A DNA stretch of 64,000 nucleotides from contig NC_073400.1 of the NCBI RefSeq assembly GCF_028641065.1, forward strand, positions 29,698,001 to 29,762,000, written 5' to 3'. Both the position numbers and the translations under genes were made by a program. Under the pieces are notes generated by a model. That model had not been told where the DNA came from. It did no database searches and saw nothing but the letters and a program-made list of their open reading frames with translations. Below are positions 1 to 12,100 of the stretch, piece by piece (position 1 is the first letter of the stretch; each line of letters opens with the position of its first letter). Origin of the DNA: Leucoraja erinacea. Lineage: Eukaryota.

Positions 1-96
1 AGAACCTCCCTGCTCCTATACTCAAATCCTTTTGCTATGAAGGTTTTGATAGGAAAGGTTTGTAGGGACAGGGGTCAAATGCAGACCTGGTTTTTA

Positions 97-395
97 TGCT
101 GGTGCAGCCATAACGTTGCTGCCTTACATGGTATAACAGCGCCAGATAACCAGGTTCGATCCTGGCTACAGGTGCTTGTCTGTACATAGTCTGTACTTTC
201 TCCCAGTGACCTGCATGGGTTTTCCCTGAGAACTTCAGTTTCCTCCCACACTCCAAAGACATACAGGTTTGTAGGTTAATTGGGTTGGTGTAAATGTAAA
301 CATTTGTGTTGCTGTGCAGGGATCACTGGACGGTGCGGACACGGTGGGCCGGATGGTTTGTTTCCCCACTGTATCTCTAAACTAAACTAAACTAA
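97..395 (+). mobile_element. tRNA-derived SINE (copies at about 18778-19078 and 54505-54800)
   Basis: Degenerate A/B boxes (GGTTCGATCC), central TTTCCTCCCACACTCCAAAGAC, (CTAAA)n tail. Confidence 0.8.
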
Positions 396-1289
396 AGAGG
401 GACCAGCGTACATGGGACATCTTGATCAGCATTGGGCAAGCTGTTTCCCTGCTGTATCACTCTATGATTTTATGAATCACATCCTCAAACTCAGCTTTAC
501 CCGGTCTCCGATGCTCAAGTATGTGAATTGTCTTTCAGGGAGTTTATCTGGTGACGCGAGTGGACTTATCTGATCGCGTTTGGCAATAGACAATAGACAA
601 TAGGTGCAGCAGTAGACCATTTGGCCCTTCGAGACAGTATCACAATTCAATGTGATCATGGCTGATCATCCACAATCAGTACCCTGTTCCTGCCTTCTCC
701 CCATATCCCTTGACTCCACTATCTTTAAGAGCCCTATCTAGCTCTCTCTTGAAAGCATCCAGAGAACCGGCCTCCACCGCTCTCTTAGGCAGAGAATTCC
801 ACAGACTCACAACTCACTGAGTGATAAAGTGTTTCCTCATCTCCATTCCGTTGGTGTCTTTTTTCTTCTGGGTATTGTTTCAACAGATGAGAAGCTGAGG
901 AAGGCTGGACAAATTAGTGACGTGCATTTTGAGGTGGGTAAACAGATCACAAGCTCGCACGTTCCAGGAGTAGAATTTGGCCATTCGGCCCATCCAGTCT
1001 ACTCTGCCATTCAAACATGGCTGGTCTCTGCCTCTTAATCCCATACAAGTTCAGACACAGTGTGCCCGCATTTGGGGGAGGGGCTTGAGGGGGTGGGCAA
1101 GGGAATGTTTGCGGTGGTGGACAGAGCGCCAGTCAAGTGGGCAAACGTCACCAGGATGAAGCAGAGCTTCGAGGAGATGCTCCAATCCAGGCAACTGGAG
1201 AGTGTTGCAGCTCACTCCTGATAGGGGCATTGTCCGTGGTGAGGAGGCTGGGGGAGGTGGTAAGTGAGTTACCAAGTTAAGTCTTGAAC

Positions 1290-1405
1290 CACTGCAAAGT
1301 CATGTCCTGTTAAACGGAAATTGACTGTTTGACTTCAGTTGTGAAGAAGGAACAGGACAACTCAAACGCAGTGCAGGGACCAAACCGATCCAACGTAGTC
1401 GAGAC
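1290..1405 (+). promoter_or_regulatory. Putative TATA-less proximal promoter / 5' UTR (copies at about 19960-20076 and 55670-55786)
   Basis: Unique sequence upstream of the leader ATG with ETS-like cores (TCCTG, AAACGGAAA). No obvious TATA box. Confidence 0.35.
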
Positions 1406-1502
1406 ATGGCGGTGGGACAGGGAGAATTCACCCACCAGAGATGGCCCAGATCCAGGGGAACAGTCGCTCTGTTGGTTCTTGTCGCTGTTGGTCTCACACC
1501 AG
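1406..1502 (+). CDS. Gene A leader (signal peptide) exon MAVGQGEFTHQRWPRSRGTVALLVLVAVGLTP
   Basis: GACATGG Kozak context, hydrophobic core VALLVLVAVGL, phase-1 donor CAG|GTAAAT. Joins in frame to GSSG-IT of the V exon. Conserved in all three units. Confidence 0.85.
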
Positions 1503-4500
1503 GTAAATCGGTGTTTTACAAAATGCTCTGTTCTTTAGAATTATTTACTAGCGCCTTGAATTATTTGTAACCACAGACCTCTCTGTACTGTGTGGGGAGC
1601 TGATGATGAATTGCTCAACACTCGTTAGTTCCTGTAGAGACTTCCATCAGCGGTTGTTGTCGTGTTGTGTGCAGCCAAGTCGGGAGATAACTATCTACAG
1701 CTTGCCTTGCCTTGTGGACCTCATTGAAACTTACTGAATAGTGAAAGGCCTGGATAGAGTGGATGGGGTGAAGATGTTTACACTAGTGGGAGACTCTAGG
1801 ACCAGAGGTCGCAGCCTCAGAATTAAAGGGCGTTGCTTTAGGAAGGAGATGAGGAGGAATTTTGTGAGACAGAAACTGTGAAATTCATTGCCACAGACTG
1901 TGGAGGCCATCAATAGGTATTTCTAAGGCTGAGATGGATAGATTCTTGATCAGTACTGGTGTCAGGAGACCTGGGGAAAAGGTAGGAGGATTTAGTTGAA
2001 TGGGAAAGATAGATCAGCCATGATTGATTGGAGGAGAGTAGACTTGATGGGCCAAATGGCCTAATTCTTCTCCTAGTACTAATGAACATGATCTGTTCTT
2101 CAGAATTATTTGCCAGCATCTTGAATTATTTTGAGCCACAGAGCAGACTACTGGGCTACGAGCTGCTAAAGATAAAATGCTTGCAGACTTGTTCTTCCCT
2201 GCACTAATGACTGTTGTGATGCTGTGTGCAGCCAAATTGTACACAGCTAACTCCCTGTAGAAAATGACCCCACAGCTGGCCTTGTTGATTATGGGTATAG
2301 GGGTAACTCTTGCCCCCAGAACCGAGAGTTTGCTCCACTATTCTGGTGCTAACTATCTCCAGGTGAACTTTCTCAGTGACTTGACAGCAGATCAGCTAAA
2401 TGCTTTACCCCTTGCATATCTCTTGACTTCCTCCCTCTCTGACTGTTGGTCTGAAGAAGTGTCTTGACCCGAAACGTCAGCCATTCCTTCTCTCCAGAGA
2501 TGCCCCCTGATCCGCTGCGTTACTCCAGCATTTAGTGTCTATCAAAGGCACACGGCACTCCCTCCACGCACTGCAATGGGAAATGTTGAACATAAACCTT
2601 AGCACATTCAAAGAAAAAACCTGTGAAAGCCAGCCAATGGGAACAGGCGAGCATCTCAAATGAGGAAGCACCAGAGTGACTGTCCAATTTAGCATCTGGA
2701 GAAGTTGTGGTAATCTCTCCCTTCTGAGAAAAACCAGCTGCCTTACAACAGACTCTGCTGCTCGAGCTGTTCTACACACTTTGCTTTCCCCAGCCTCTGA
2801 GTTCTCCTTCAAGGCATTTGTCTTGTGGCTTGTGAGCTGACCTGGACTGATGTGATGATGTGTCTCCACCTCAGCTCCTGAATCTGCAGAGTTTCACATG
2901 TGTTAGAGTCATAGAGTGATACAGTGTGGAAACAGGCCCTTCGGCCCAACTTGCCCACACCGGCCAACATGTCTCAGCAACACTAGTCCCACCTGTCCAC
3001 GTTTGGTCCAAGTCCCTTCAAACCTGTCCTATCCATGTATCCAGAGGGTCCCACCCTCTCCGGAGACTAAGAAAAGCAGGTCTCCCTACTGTTCACCTAA
3101 GGTCCTTCTACAGGGGCACCATCGAGAGTATACTGACCCACGGCATCACTTCCTGGTTTGGGAGCTGCAAGGCTTATGAACAAAAACAACTTAACAGGAT
3201 AGTGAAGACAGCCAGTAGGATCATTGGTGCTCCACTCCCTTTCCTGTTGGAGATCTATCAGAAGCGTAACATCAGCAGAGCCATCTCCATTATTAAGGAC
3301 CCCTATCATCCATCACATCACATCTTCTCCATTCTGCCACCTGGGAAGAGGTACAGGAGCATCAGCTGCAAAACCAGCAGGATGCCCCACAGCTTCTTCC
3401 CACAGGCAATAAGACTGGTTAACGGACTGTGTCCCCTCCCCATACATCATACACCAACACATCTAACCTCGCCCATACTTTGACAGCTAGGCACCTGTCA
3501 AAGCAAAGCCACTGTTCGGTCTGAATGCCTGTTTTTATTTCAATTTTTAGGCCTATTTTAGATATGTTAATTTTAATTTTAAATCTAGTTTCTTCTGTGT
3601 ATGTAAGTAGATCTACCACAGGTGGAGATAGAGTAGAGGGGTGGAGGGGGAAGAAAGGGGTAGACGGGGAGGGGGGGTGTGAGGGGGAATGGAGAAGGGG
3701 GAGAGGGGGAGGTGGGTCGTTCGCTCACGGCAGCGCTCCTGCCCCTCCAGTTGCCGTGCTTTACGCACACAGCTCGGGCTCCACCCCTCTCTCTCCCCGG
3801 GGAGAGGCGGTGAACAATACACGGAGGGCTGGGCCGGGGGTTGGGGCATCGTATACAAACATCGGCCTCAGCTCACACCCGTCTGCCCAGACCCCGGCAT
3901 CCCTCTCCCTCCCTCCCACACACACACACATAACGCACAGACAACTAACACACACAACTAAGTTAAGATGGGGTAGAAACCTTTTCACCCAGAGTTGTGA
4001 ATCTGTAGAATTCTCTGCCACAGAGGGCAGTGGAGGCCAATTCAAGAGAGAGTTCAAGAGAGAGTTAGATACAGCTCTTAGGGCTAATGGAATCATGGGA
4101 TCACGGGAGCAAGCAGAACTGGACAGTGCCGGCTCGAAGGGCCGAATCATCCCCTCCTGCGCCTATTTTCTATGTTTATATGTTTCTATGAATCGTCATC
4201 TATCCACTTTCTCCAGAGATAGTTCCTGTTTAAGGTTGTGACCTCAATAACGGGTAGGCCATTGAGGACTCAGATGAGGAAATATCTTTTCACCCAGAGA
4301 GTTCCTCTATCTCCAGAGATAGTTCCTGTCCCATTGTGTTACTCCGGCACTTTGTGTCCTTTTGTACATTAACCAGCATCTGCAGTTCCTTGTTTCTACT
4401 AGTTCAATGGGGAAGTGGGTTGTAGTGAGATTGAACACAGGGTGGGTCAGAGTGAGTGACAGGTTGGCTTCCTGTCACATGACCACCACTCATGTCAAGC

Positions 4501-7500
4501 CACGCCCACAGGGAAGGAGGATCTGGGCGCCAGGTAGATTCAGAAGCAGTGTTCAAGAAGGATCTGCAGATGCTGGAAGATAGATATCGCAGTGGAGTAG
4601 ACAAAGTGTTCAAGAAGGAACTCAGTTCTGCTTTCACTGGAACTTGGGGAAAAATCCCGGTGAAATGGGAATTAACACCAGCGGGAAAAGCATTAAAGTG
4701 CAACAGGATCTATGCAAAAGAAGAGACACAAAATGCTGGAGTAACTCAGCGGGACGGGCAGCATCTCTGGAGAGAAGGAAATGGGTGAGGAAACATCACC
4801 TGTCGGTTTCTCCAGAGATGCTGCCTGTCCCGCTGAGTTACTCCAGCTCTTTGTGTCTATCTTTGTGTCAACCAGCACCTGCAGTTCCTTGCTACACATG
4901 ATCTATGCGAAACCATGAACCTGTCTGAACAGCACAAATGACATGTTTTTTATTGTTAAACCTCAGCTTGTGTTGCTGCAGTGTGAGTGATCTTTCATCA
5001 TTAATGTGCCAACAGGGTCAAGCGGAATAACTGAACCCGAGGAGGTGAGGGGAGAGTTGGGGCAGTCGGTCACAGTGGAATGTCAGTATGGTCAGGAATA
5101 CAAGGACAACAGGAAGCTGTGGAGGAAAGGTGATTCTTACCAGAAATCTTATACTGTGGTTTCTACTGATGACCCACAACAACGGAGAACATCGATGACT
5201 GATGACAAAACACACCAGATAGTTTTAGTCACCATCGACAAGCTGGAGAAGAGTGATGAAGGACGCTACTGGTGTGTGATAGTAAAGAGAAACGATTCAC
5301 CCATTGAATTGGTCTCCATCTCATTGAAGGTTTCTGAAGGTAAGTTGACGATCTCTCCTCACTCTCCCAGATGTGAAAATTCCAGCCTGTGAATTCCCGG
5401 CCTCGGTCCTGACGGTGACTCGGTGCCACATCCCCGGGGGTCGCGGTAACGGGGCTGGGTGGATAACTCACTTACTGGGGTCCCGGCCCGTGGGGCCACA
5501 CCAAGAGCTCACTGTCGCTGGAGCAATATGGGGGGGGGGGGGGGGGGGGGGGGGGGCTGTCAGACACCAGCCCCACGGAAGGTCCCATCTACCGGCGGTT
5601 CTGTTGCTGACGGCTCATTTCCACGAAGACGATCGCTCCGGGACCAGAACCTCTGCCGCCCCCTCACTGGGGCAGGTGGTGGGAAACCCGGGTGGAGATA
5701 GGAGTCAATGGGGGAGGGGGCAGGTTAGTAGAAGATACTTAAAATTAGAGAACCAACGTTCAAACCGTTGGGTTGTAAACTACCTGAGCCCAATATGAGG
5801 TGCGGTTCCTCCAATTTGCATGTGGCTTCACTCTGGCAATGGAGGAGGCCCAGGACAGAAAGGTCAGTGTGGGAATGGGAAGGGACATGGACAGGGTTGG
5901 CAACCGGGAGATCAAGAATGGTCTGAACCCGAAAAGGACACCTATCCATTTTCTCCAGAGATTCTGCCTGATCCGCCGAGTTACTCCAGCACTTTGTGTC
6001 TATCTTTGGTTTAAACCAGCACCTGCAGTTCCTCGCTACACATGATCTATGCAAAACCATGAACCTGTCTGAACAGCGCAAATGACATGTTTTTTATTGT
6101 TAAACCTCAGCTTGTGCTGCCGGCGGTTCTGCTGCTGGCGGCTCATTTCCCCAAAGCCGATCGCTCCGGGTCCAGAACCTCTTGCTGCAGTGTGAGTGAT
6201 CTTTCATCATTAATGTGTCCACAGGGTCAAGGGGAATAACTGGACCTAAGGAGGTGAGGGGAGAGTTGGGGCAGTCGGTCACTTTGGAATGTCAGTATGG
6301 TCAGGAATACAGTGACAACAAGAAGCGATGGAGTAAAGGTTATTATTACACAAATTCTTCTACCGTGGTTTCTACTGATGACCCACAATATAGGAGAACA
6401 TCGATGAGTGATAACAAAACACAACGGATAGTTTCAGTCACCATCGACAACCTGAAGAAGAGTGATGAAGGATACTACTGGTGTGTGCTGATTGTAAAGG
6501 GAATATTTCCAATCAATAAAAGGACCTCCATCTTATTGACGGTTTCTGAAGGTACGTTGACGATCTCTCCTCACTCTCCCAGATGTGAACATTCCAGCCT
6601 GGGAATTCCCGGCCTCGGTCCTGACGGTGACTCGGTGCCACATCCCCGTGGGTCGGTGTGAAGGAGGGGGGAGCACATTTACTGGGGTCCCGGCCCATGG
6701 GGCCACACCAAGAGCCCACTGTTCCAGGAGCAGTGTGTGTGTGGGGGGGGGGGGGGGGGGGGGCTCATCAATGGGGACCGGCGGTTCTGCTGCTGGCGGC
6801 TCATTTCCCCAAAGACGATCGCTCCAGGTCCAGAACCTCTGCCGCCCCTCACTGGGGCAGGGGAACAGCCAGAACCTCTGGTGCCCCCTCACCCTCTCCC
6901 CCTGCCCGTCACTGTCACACCCACCACACACACAACATCTGTAGAAAGGTCCCAACACTAAACATTGTCAGTTCATTCCTTCCACAGATGCTGCCTGACC
7001 TGCTGAGTTACTCCAGCACTTTGTGTTTTGCTCAAGATTCCAGCACCTGCAATTCCTTGTGTCTCACAAACTTTGGTGATTCATGAGTTCAGTTTATTGT
7101 TGTTGTCTGTACTGAGGTACAGGGAAAAGCTTTTACCATGTTTCCAATGATGGCCAAATCATTGGGTATTTTTAAGATTCACAGGTTCTCGATTAGTATG
7201 AGTGTCAAGCGATATGGGGAGAAGGGAAGATAATGGGGTTGAGAGGGAGAGATAGATCAGCCATGATTGAATGGCGGAGTAGACATAAATAAGCCAAATG
7301 GCCGCATTCTGCCCCTATCACATGAACTTCATAACAAGACGATTTCAGTACAGTAGTAGAGGGGTTCTTCCGCAGTTGTATCAGGCTCTGGTAAGACCAC
7401 ATCTGGAGTATTGTGTACAGTTTTGGTCTAATTTGAGGAAGAACATCCTTGTGATTGAGGCAGTGCAGCGTAGGTTCACGAGATTGCTCCCTGGGATGGC

Positions 7501-9114
7501 GGGACTGTCATATGAGGAAAGATTGAAAAGACTAGGCTCAAAACTGGAGTTTAGAAGGATGAGTGGGTTTCTTATAGAAACTTATAAAATTATAAAAGGA
7601 CTGGACAAGCTTGATGAAGGAAAAATGTTCCCAATGTTGGGCAAGTCCAGAACCAGGGGCCACAGCCTTAGAATAAAGGGGAGGCCATTTCAGACTGCGG
7701 TGAGAAAAAACTTTTTCACCCAGAGAGTTGTGAATTTGTGGAATTCCGTGCCACAGAAGGCAGTGGAGGCCAAATCACTGGATGGATTTAAGAGAGAGTT
7801 AGATAGAGCTCCAGGGGCTAGTGGAATCAAGGGATATGGGGAGAAGGCAGGCACGGGTTATTGATTGGGGACGTTCAGCCCTGATCACAGTGAATGGCGG
7901 TGCAGGCTCGAAGGGCTGAATGGCCTCGTCTTGCACCTATTTTCTATGTTTCTATAACGTATGAACGAAGAATCCTCATGAGATGACTAGATCAAGGGGC
8001 TTGGTCCATCTATGGGGGCCTCAGAAGGATCCTTGCTCAAATCTCTGGATTGGGATTTGAACCCAGGAATCTCCCAACACGGAGCAAGAGCGCTCCCGAC
8101 TGAGGCATCTCCGACACATCACTAAAGTGGCACAGAACGTGCTTTCAGACTTTTAATGTTCAAAAACGTCATTCACTTTATCTCCACAAGGGTCTCAAAC
8201 AAGCCGCCCAGACATGGTCACCACCACCTCTACAACAATAATCCCAGTGAAATGGGAATTAACACCAGCGGGAAAAGCATTAAAGTGCACCAGGATCTAT
8301 GCAAAAGGAGAGAGACACAAAATGCTGGAGTAACTCAGCAGGAAGGGCAGCATCTCTGGAGAGAAGGAAATGGGTGAGGAAACATCACCCGTCGGTTTCT
8401 CCCGAGATGCTGCCTGTCCCGCTGAGTTACTCCGGCTCTTTGTGTCTATCTTTGGTGTAAACCAGCACCTGCAGTTCCTTGTTACACATGATCTATGCGA
8501 AACCATGAACCTGTCTGAACAGCACAAATGACATGTTTTTTATTGTTAAACCACAGCTTGTGTTGCTGCAGTGTGAGTGATCTTTCATCATTAATGTGCC
8601 CACAGGGTCAAGGGGAATAACTGGACCCGAGGAGGTGAGGGGAGAGGTGGGGCAGTCGGTCACTGTGGAATGTCGGTACGATCGGAAATACAAAGACAAC
8701 GACAAGCTATGGAGTAAAGGTGATTATTACCTGTCATCTCCTACCGTGGTTTCTACTGATCACCCACAACAAGGGAGAACATCGATGACTGATGACAAAA
8801 AACAACGGATAGTTTCAGTCACCATCGACAACCTGGAGAAGAGTGATGAAGGATACTACTGGTGTGTGATAGTAAAGGGAATATTTTCAAGCGATGAAAG
8901 GACCTCCATCTCATTGACGGTTTCTGAAGGTACGTTGACGATCTCTCCTCACTCTCCCAGATGTGAACATTCCAGCCTGGGAATTCCCGGCCTCGGTCCT
9001 GACGGTGACTCGGTGCCACATCCCCGGGGGTCGGGGTGAAGGAGGGGGGAGCACATTTACTGGGGTCCCGGCCCATGGGGCCACACCAAGAGCCCACTGT
9101 CCCAGGAGCAGTGT

Positions 9115-9145
<31 letters not shown>

Positions 9146-12100
9146 GGGGGGGGGGCTCATCAATGGGGACCGGCGGTTCTGCTGCTGGCGGCGCATTTCC
9201 CCAAAGACGATCGCTCCGGGTCCAGAACCCCTGCCGCCCCTCACTGGAGCAGGGGAACAGCCAGAACCTCTGGTGCCCCCTCACCCTCTCCCCCTGCCCA
9301 TCACTGTCACACCCACCACGCACACAACATCTGAAGAAGGGACCCAACCTTAAACATTGTCAGTTCATTCCTTCCACGGATGCTGCCTGACCTGCTGAGT
9401 TACTCCAGCACTTTGTGTTTTGCTCAAGATTCCAGCACCTGCAATTCCTTGTGTCTCACAAACTTTGGTGATTCATGAGCTCAGTTTATTGTTGTGGTCT
9501 GTACTGAGGTACAGGGAAAAGCTTTTACCATGTTTCCAATGAGGGCCAAGTCATTGGGTATTTTCAGGTGGAGATTGACAGGTTCTCCATTAGTACGGGT
9601 GTCAAGCGATATGGGGAGAAGGCAGGAGAATGGGGTTGAGAGGGAGAGATAGATCAGCCATGATTGAAAGGTGGAATAGACTCAATGGGCCAAATGGCCT
9701 CAATCTGCCCCTATCACTTATGAACTAATGAACTAAGAATCCTCAAGAGATGAGTGATATAGACTTTACACTGAGCCACACAAACTGTACAAGATGAGAC
9801 ACTCAACGGGTCGGGCAGCTTCTGTGGAGAGAGAATGAGAGTTAATGTTTCAGGTAAATACCTCCAACCAAATTGCATTATTTCCAATTCAGTCCGCGTG
9901 ATGAAAATAGTCCATGGATCCTCCCGCTCCCAAGTTCTTCTCCATTGTAGAAAAGATGTGCCTAACTCTAGCAGCAGGCAGATAACACAGCCTGTGGGAC
10001 TCTGAAGGGCATGAAAGAAGTCTCTGAATGCTTGTGACCATCTGGTGGCATCTTAATGGGTGAGTCTCCGGTCTAGATCAAGAGGCTTGGTCCATCTATG
10101 GTGGCCTCAGAAGGATCTTTGCTCAAATCTCTGGATTGGGATTTGAACCCAGGAATCTCCCCACACGGAGCAAGAGCGCTCCCGACTGAGGCATCTCCCA
10201 CACATCACTAAAGTGGCACAGAACGTACTTTCAGACATTTAATGTTCAAAAACGTCATTCCCTTTATCTCCACAAGGATCTCAAACAAGCCACCCAGACA
10301 TGGTCAGCACCACCTCTGCAACAATAAGCACAAAGGCTTCCACCACAACCATTCTGACCACCATGCCTCAAGATGCACCAACCACCAAGGCAGCAAGTTC
10401 CACAGAGTCTCCTGGTTCAACACCTACAAACAGGTTAGTAACTCGAAGAGCCAACTCAGCCTCACCTGAGAACCAATTAGTTCAGTTCAATTCAGCTCAG
10501 TTTAAAGATACAGCATGGAAATGGGCCCTTTGGCCCACCGAGTCCGCTCTGAGCAGCGATCACCCCATACACCAGTTCTGTTCTACACACTAGGGGCAAC
10601 TTACTACAAACCCGCACGTCTTTGGAATGTGGGAGGAAACTGGAGAACCCAGAGTAAACTCTTGCGATCACATGGAGAACGTACAGACTCTGCACTGACA
10701 GCACCGGTATCAGGATCGACCCCGCGTCTACTGTGCTGTGAGGCAGCAACTCTACCGCTGAGCTGACATCTCAATGGGCGAGCCTCATGTCTAGATCAAG
10801 GGGCTTGGTCCATCTATGGTGGTTTAGGAAGGATCCTTGCTCAAATCTCAGGTTTCGGATTCGAATCAAAAATCTCCCCACACAGAGCAAGATCGCCCCC
10901 AACTGCAGCATCTCCCACACGTCACTAAAGTGGCACAGAACGTGATTATAAACATTTAATGTTCAAAGACTTCATTCACTTTATCTTCACAAGGGTCTCA
11001 AACATATCACCCAGATATCCTCACCACTTTGGTGTGTGTGTGTGTGTGGGGGGGGGGGGGTTGCACGGTGGCGCAGCGGTAGAGTTGCTGCCTTACAACG
11101 CTTGTAGCGCCAGAGACCCAGGTTCGATCCCGACTACAGGTGCTGCCTGTACGGGGTTTGTACGTTATCCCCACGACCGCATGGGTTTTCTCTGAGATCT
11201 TTGATTTCCTCCAACACTCTAAAGACATACAGGTATGTAAGTAGATTGGCTTGGCGTATGTGTCAATTGACCCTAGTGTGTGTGTAGCCTAGTGTTAGTG
11301 TGCGAGGATCGATGGTCGGTGTGGACTCCATGGGCCGTCGGGCCTGTTTCCGCGCTATATCTCAAAATTAAACTAAACTGGATTAAAATATGGTCACCAC
11401 CACCTCAGGAACCACCACACCCACTCTGCCTCCGGAAGCATCGACCACCAGGAGCTCCTGGTTCATCGCCTCGACACAGGTCAGTGACTCAAAGTCCCAG
11501 TACTTTGAGAAAGCGTGGCTGATCATATTCCAGTCCATTGATAAATACTCCTTGGCCCTGACTAAAGTCCATCTGTCCTTAGTACACCCAGTGGCCCTAC
11601 CATTGTGAATGTCTACCCTTACATGATGCCAAAAACAAATAACGTCACACTTATCATGGTTCAATACCTGCTGGCATTGCTCTGCCCAACATACCAGTTG
11701 CTTCTTATCCCTCTGTGGTCTATGATTATCGTACTATCCAAAATGAGACAATGTTGATGTAATCTGTAAACTCGTAAATCATACTTCCAACATTAACATC
11801 TAAGGCCGGCAGATGGGACTAGTGTAGATAAGGACATCTTGGTCGGCAATGGGGAAATTGGGTCAAAGGACATGTTTTCGTGATCTATGTCTGACCATCA
11901 AAATGAACATCTAAGTTGTTAATGTAGTCATGGAACACCTCCAAGGAATGGGTGCATGTTGCGATATTAACATCTCACCAATGTCCACGCCAAAATCTTG
12001 GATCACACTGAATGATTCCGTGTGCAATATGATGAAAGAAAATTACCAGCGTTGATCTGTGGTAACTCTGTGTGGAAGTAATAATATTTCATTGGATTTC

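Noticed and set aside
4407-4583. ATG-initiated MGKWVVVRLNTGW... as an alternative leader
   Set aside because: No hydrophobic core. The exon at 1406-1502 is a much better signal peptide with the correct phase.
4967-4982. Possible 16-nt micro-exon (CTCAG|CTTGTGTTGCTGCAGT|GTGAGT) before each V exon
   Set aside because: The following intron would be only 33 nt and the exon would shift the frame.
5071-5077. RSS-like heptamers (CACAGTG/CACTGTG) in framework 1 of most V exons, suggesting V(D)J-type rearrangement
   Set aside because: They simply encode V-T-V. There is no nonamer at 12 or 23 bp spacing, and each exon already includes its own G strand and splice donor.
5340-5392. ORF-track N- and C-terminal extensions of the V exons (MPT..., ...KLTISPHSPRCENSSL)
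   Set aside because: Intronic read-through past the canonical splice sites, with GTG/TTG pseudo-starts.
5016-8929. Calling the genes true PIGR, IgNAR/TCR or a specific CD300 orthologue
   Set aside because: There are no C domains or J/RSS elements and no CX7C, and orthology cannot be established without a phylogeny. Gene symbols were left blank.
11063-11135. tRNA-like sequence
   Set aside because: It is the head of a multi-copy SINE, not a tRNA gene.
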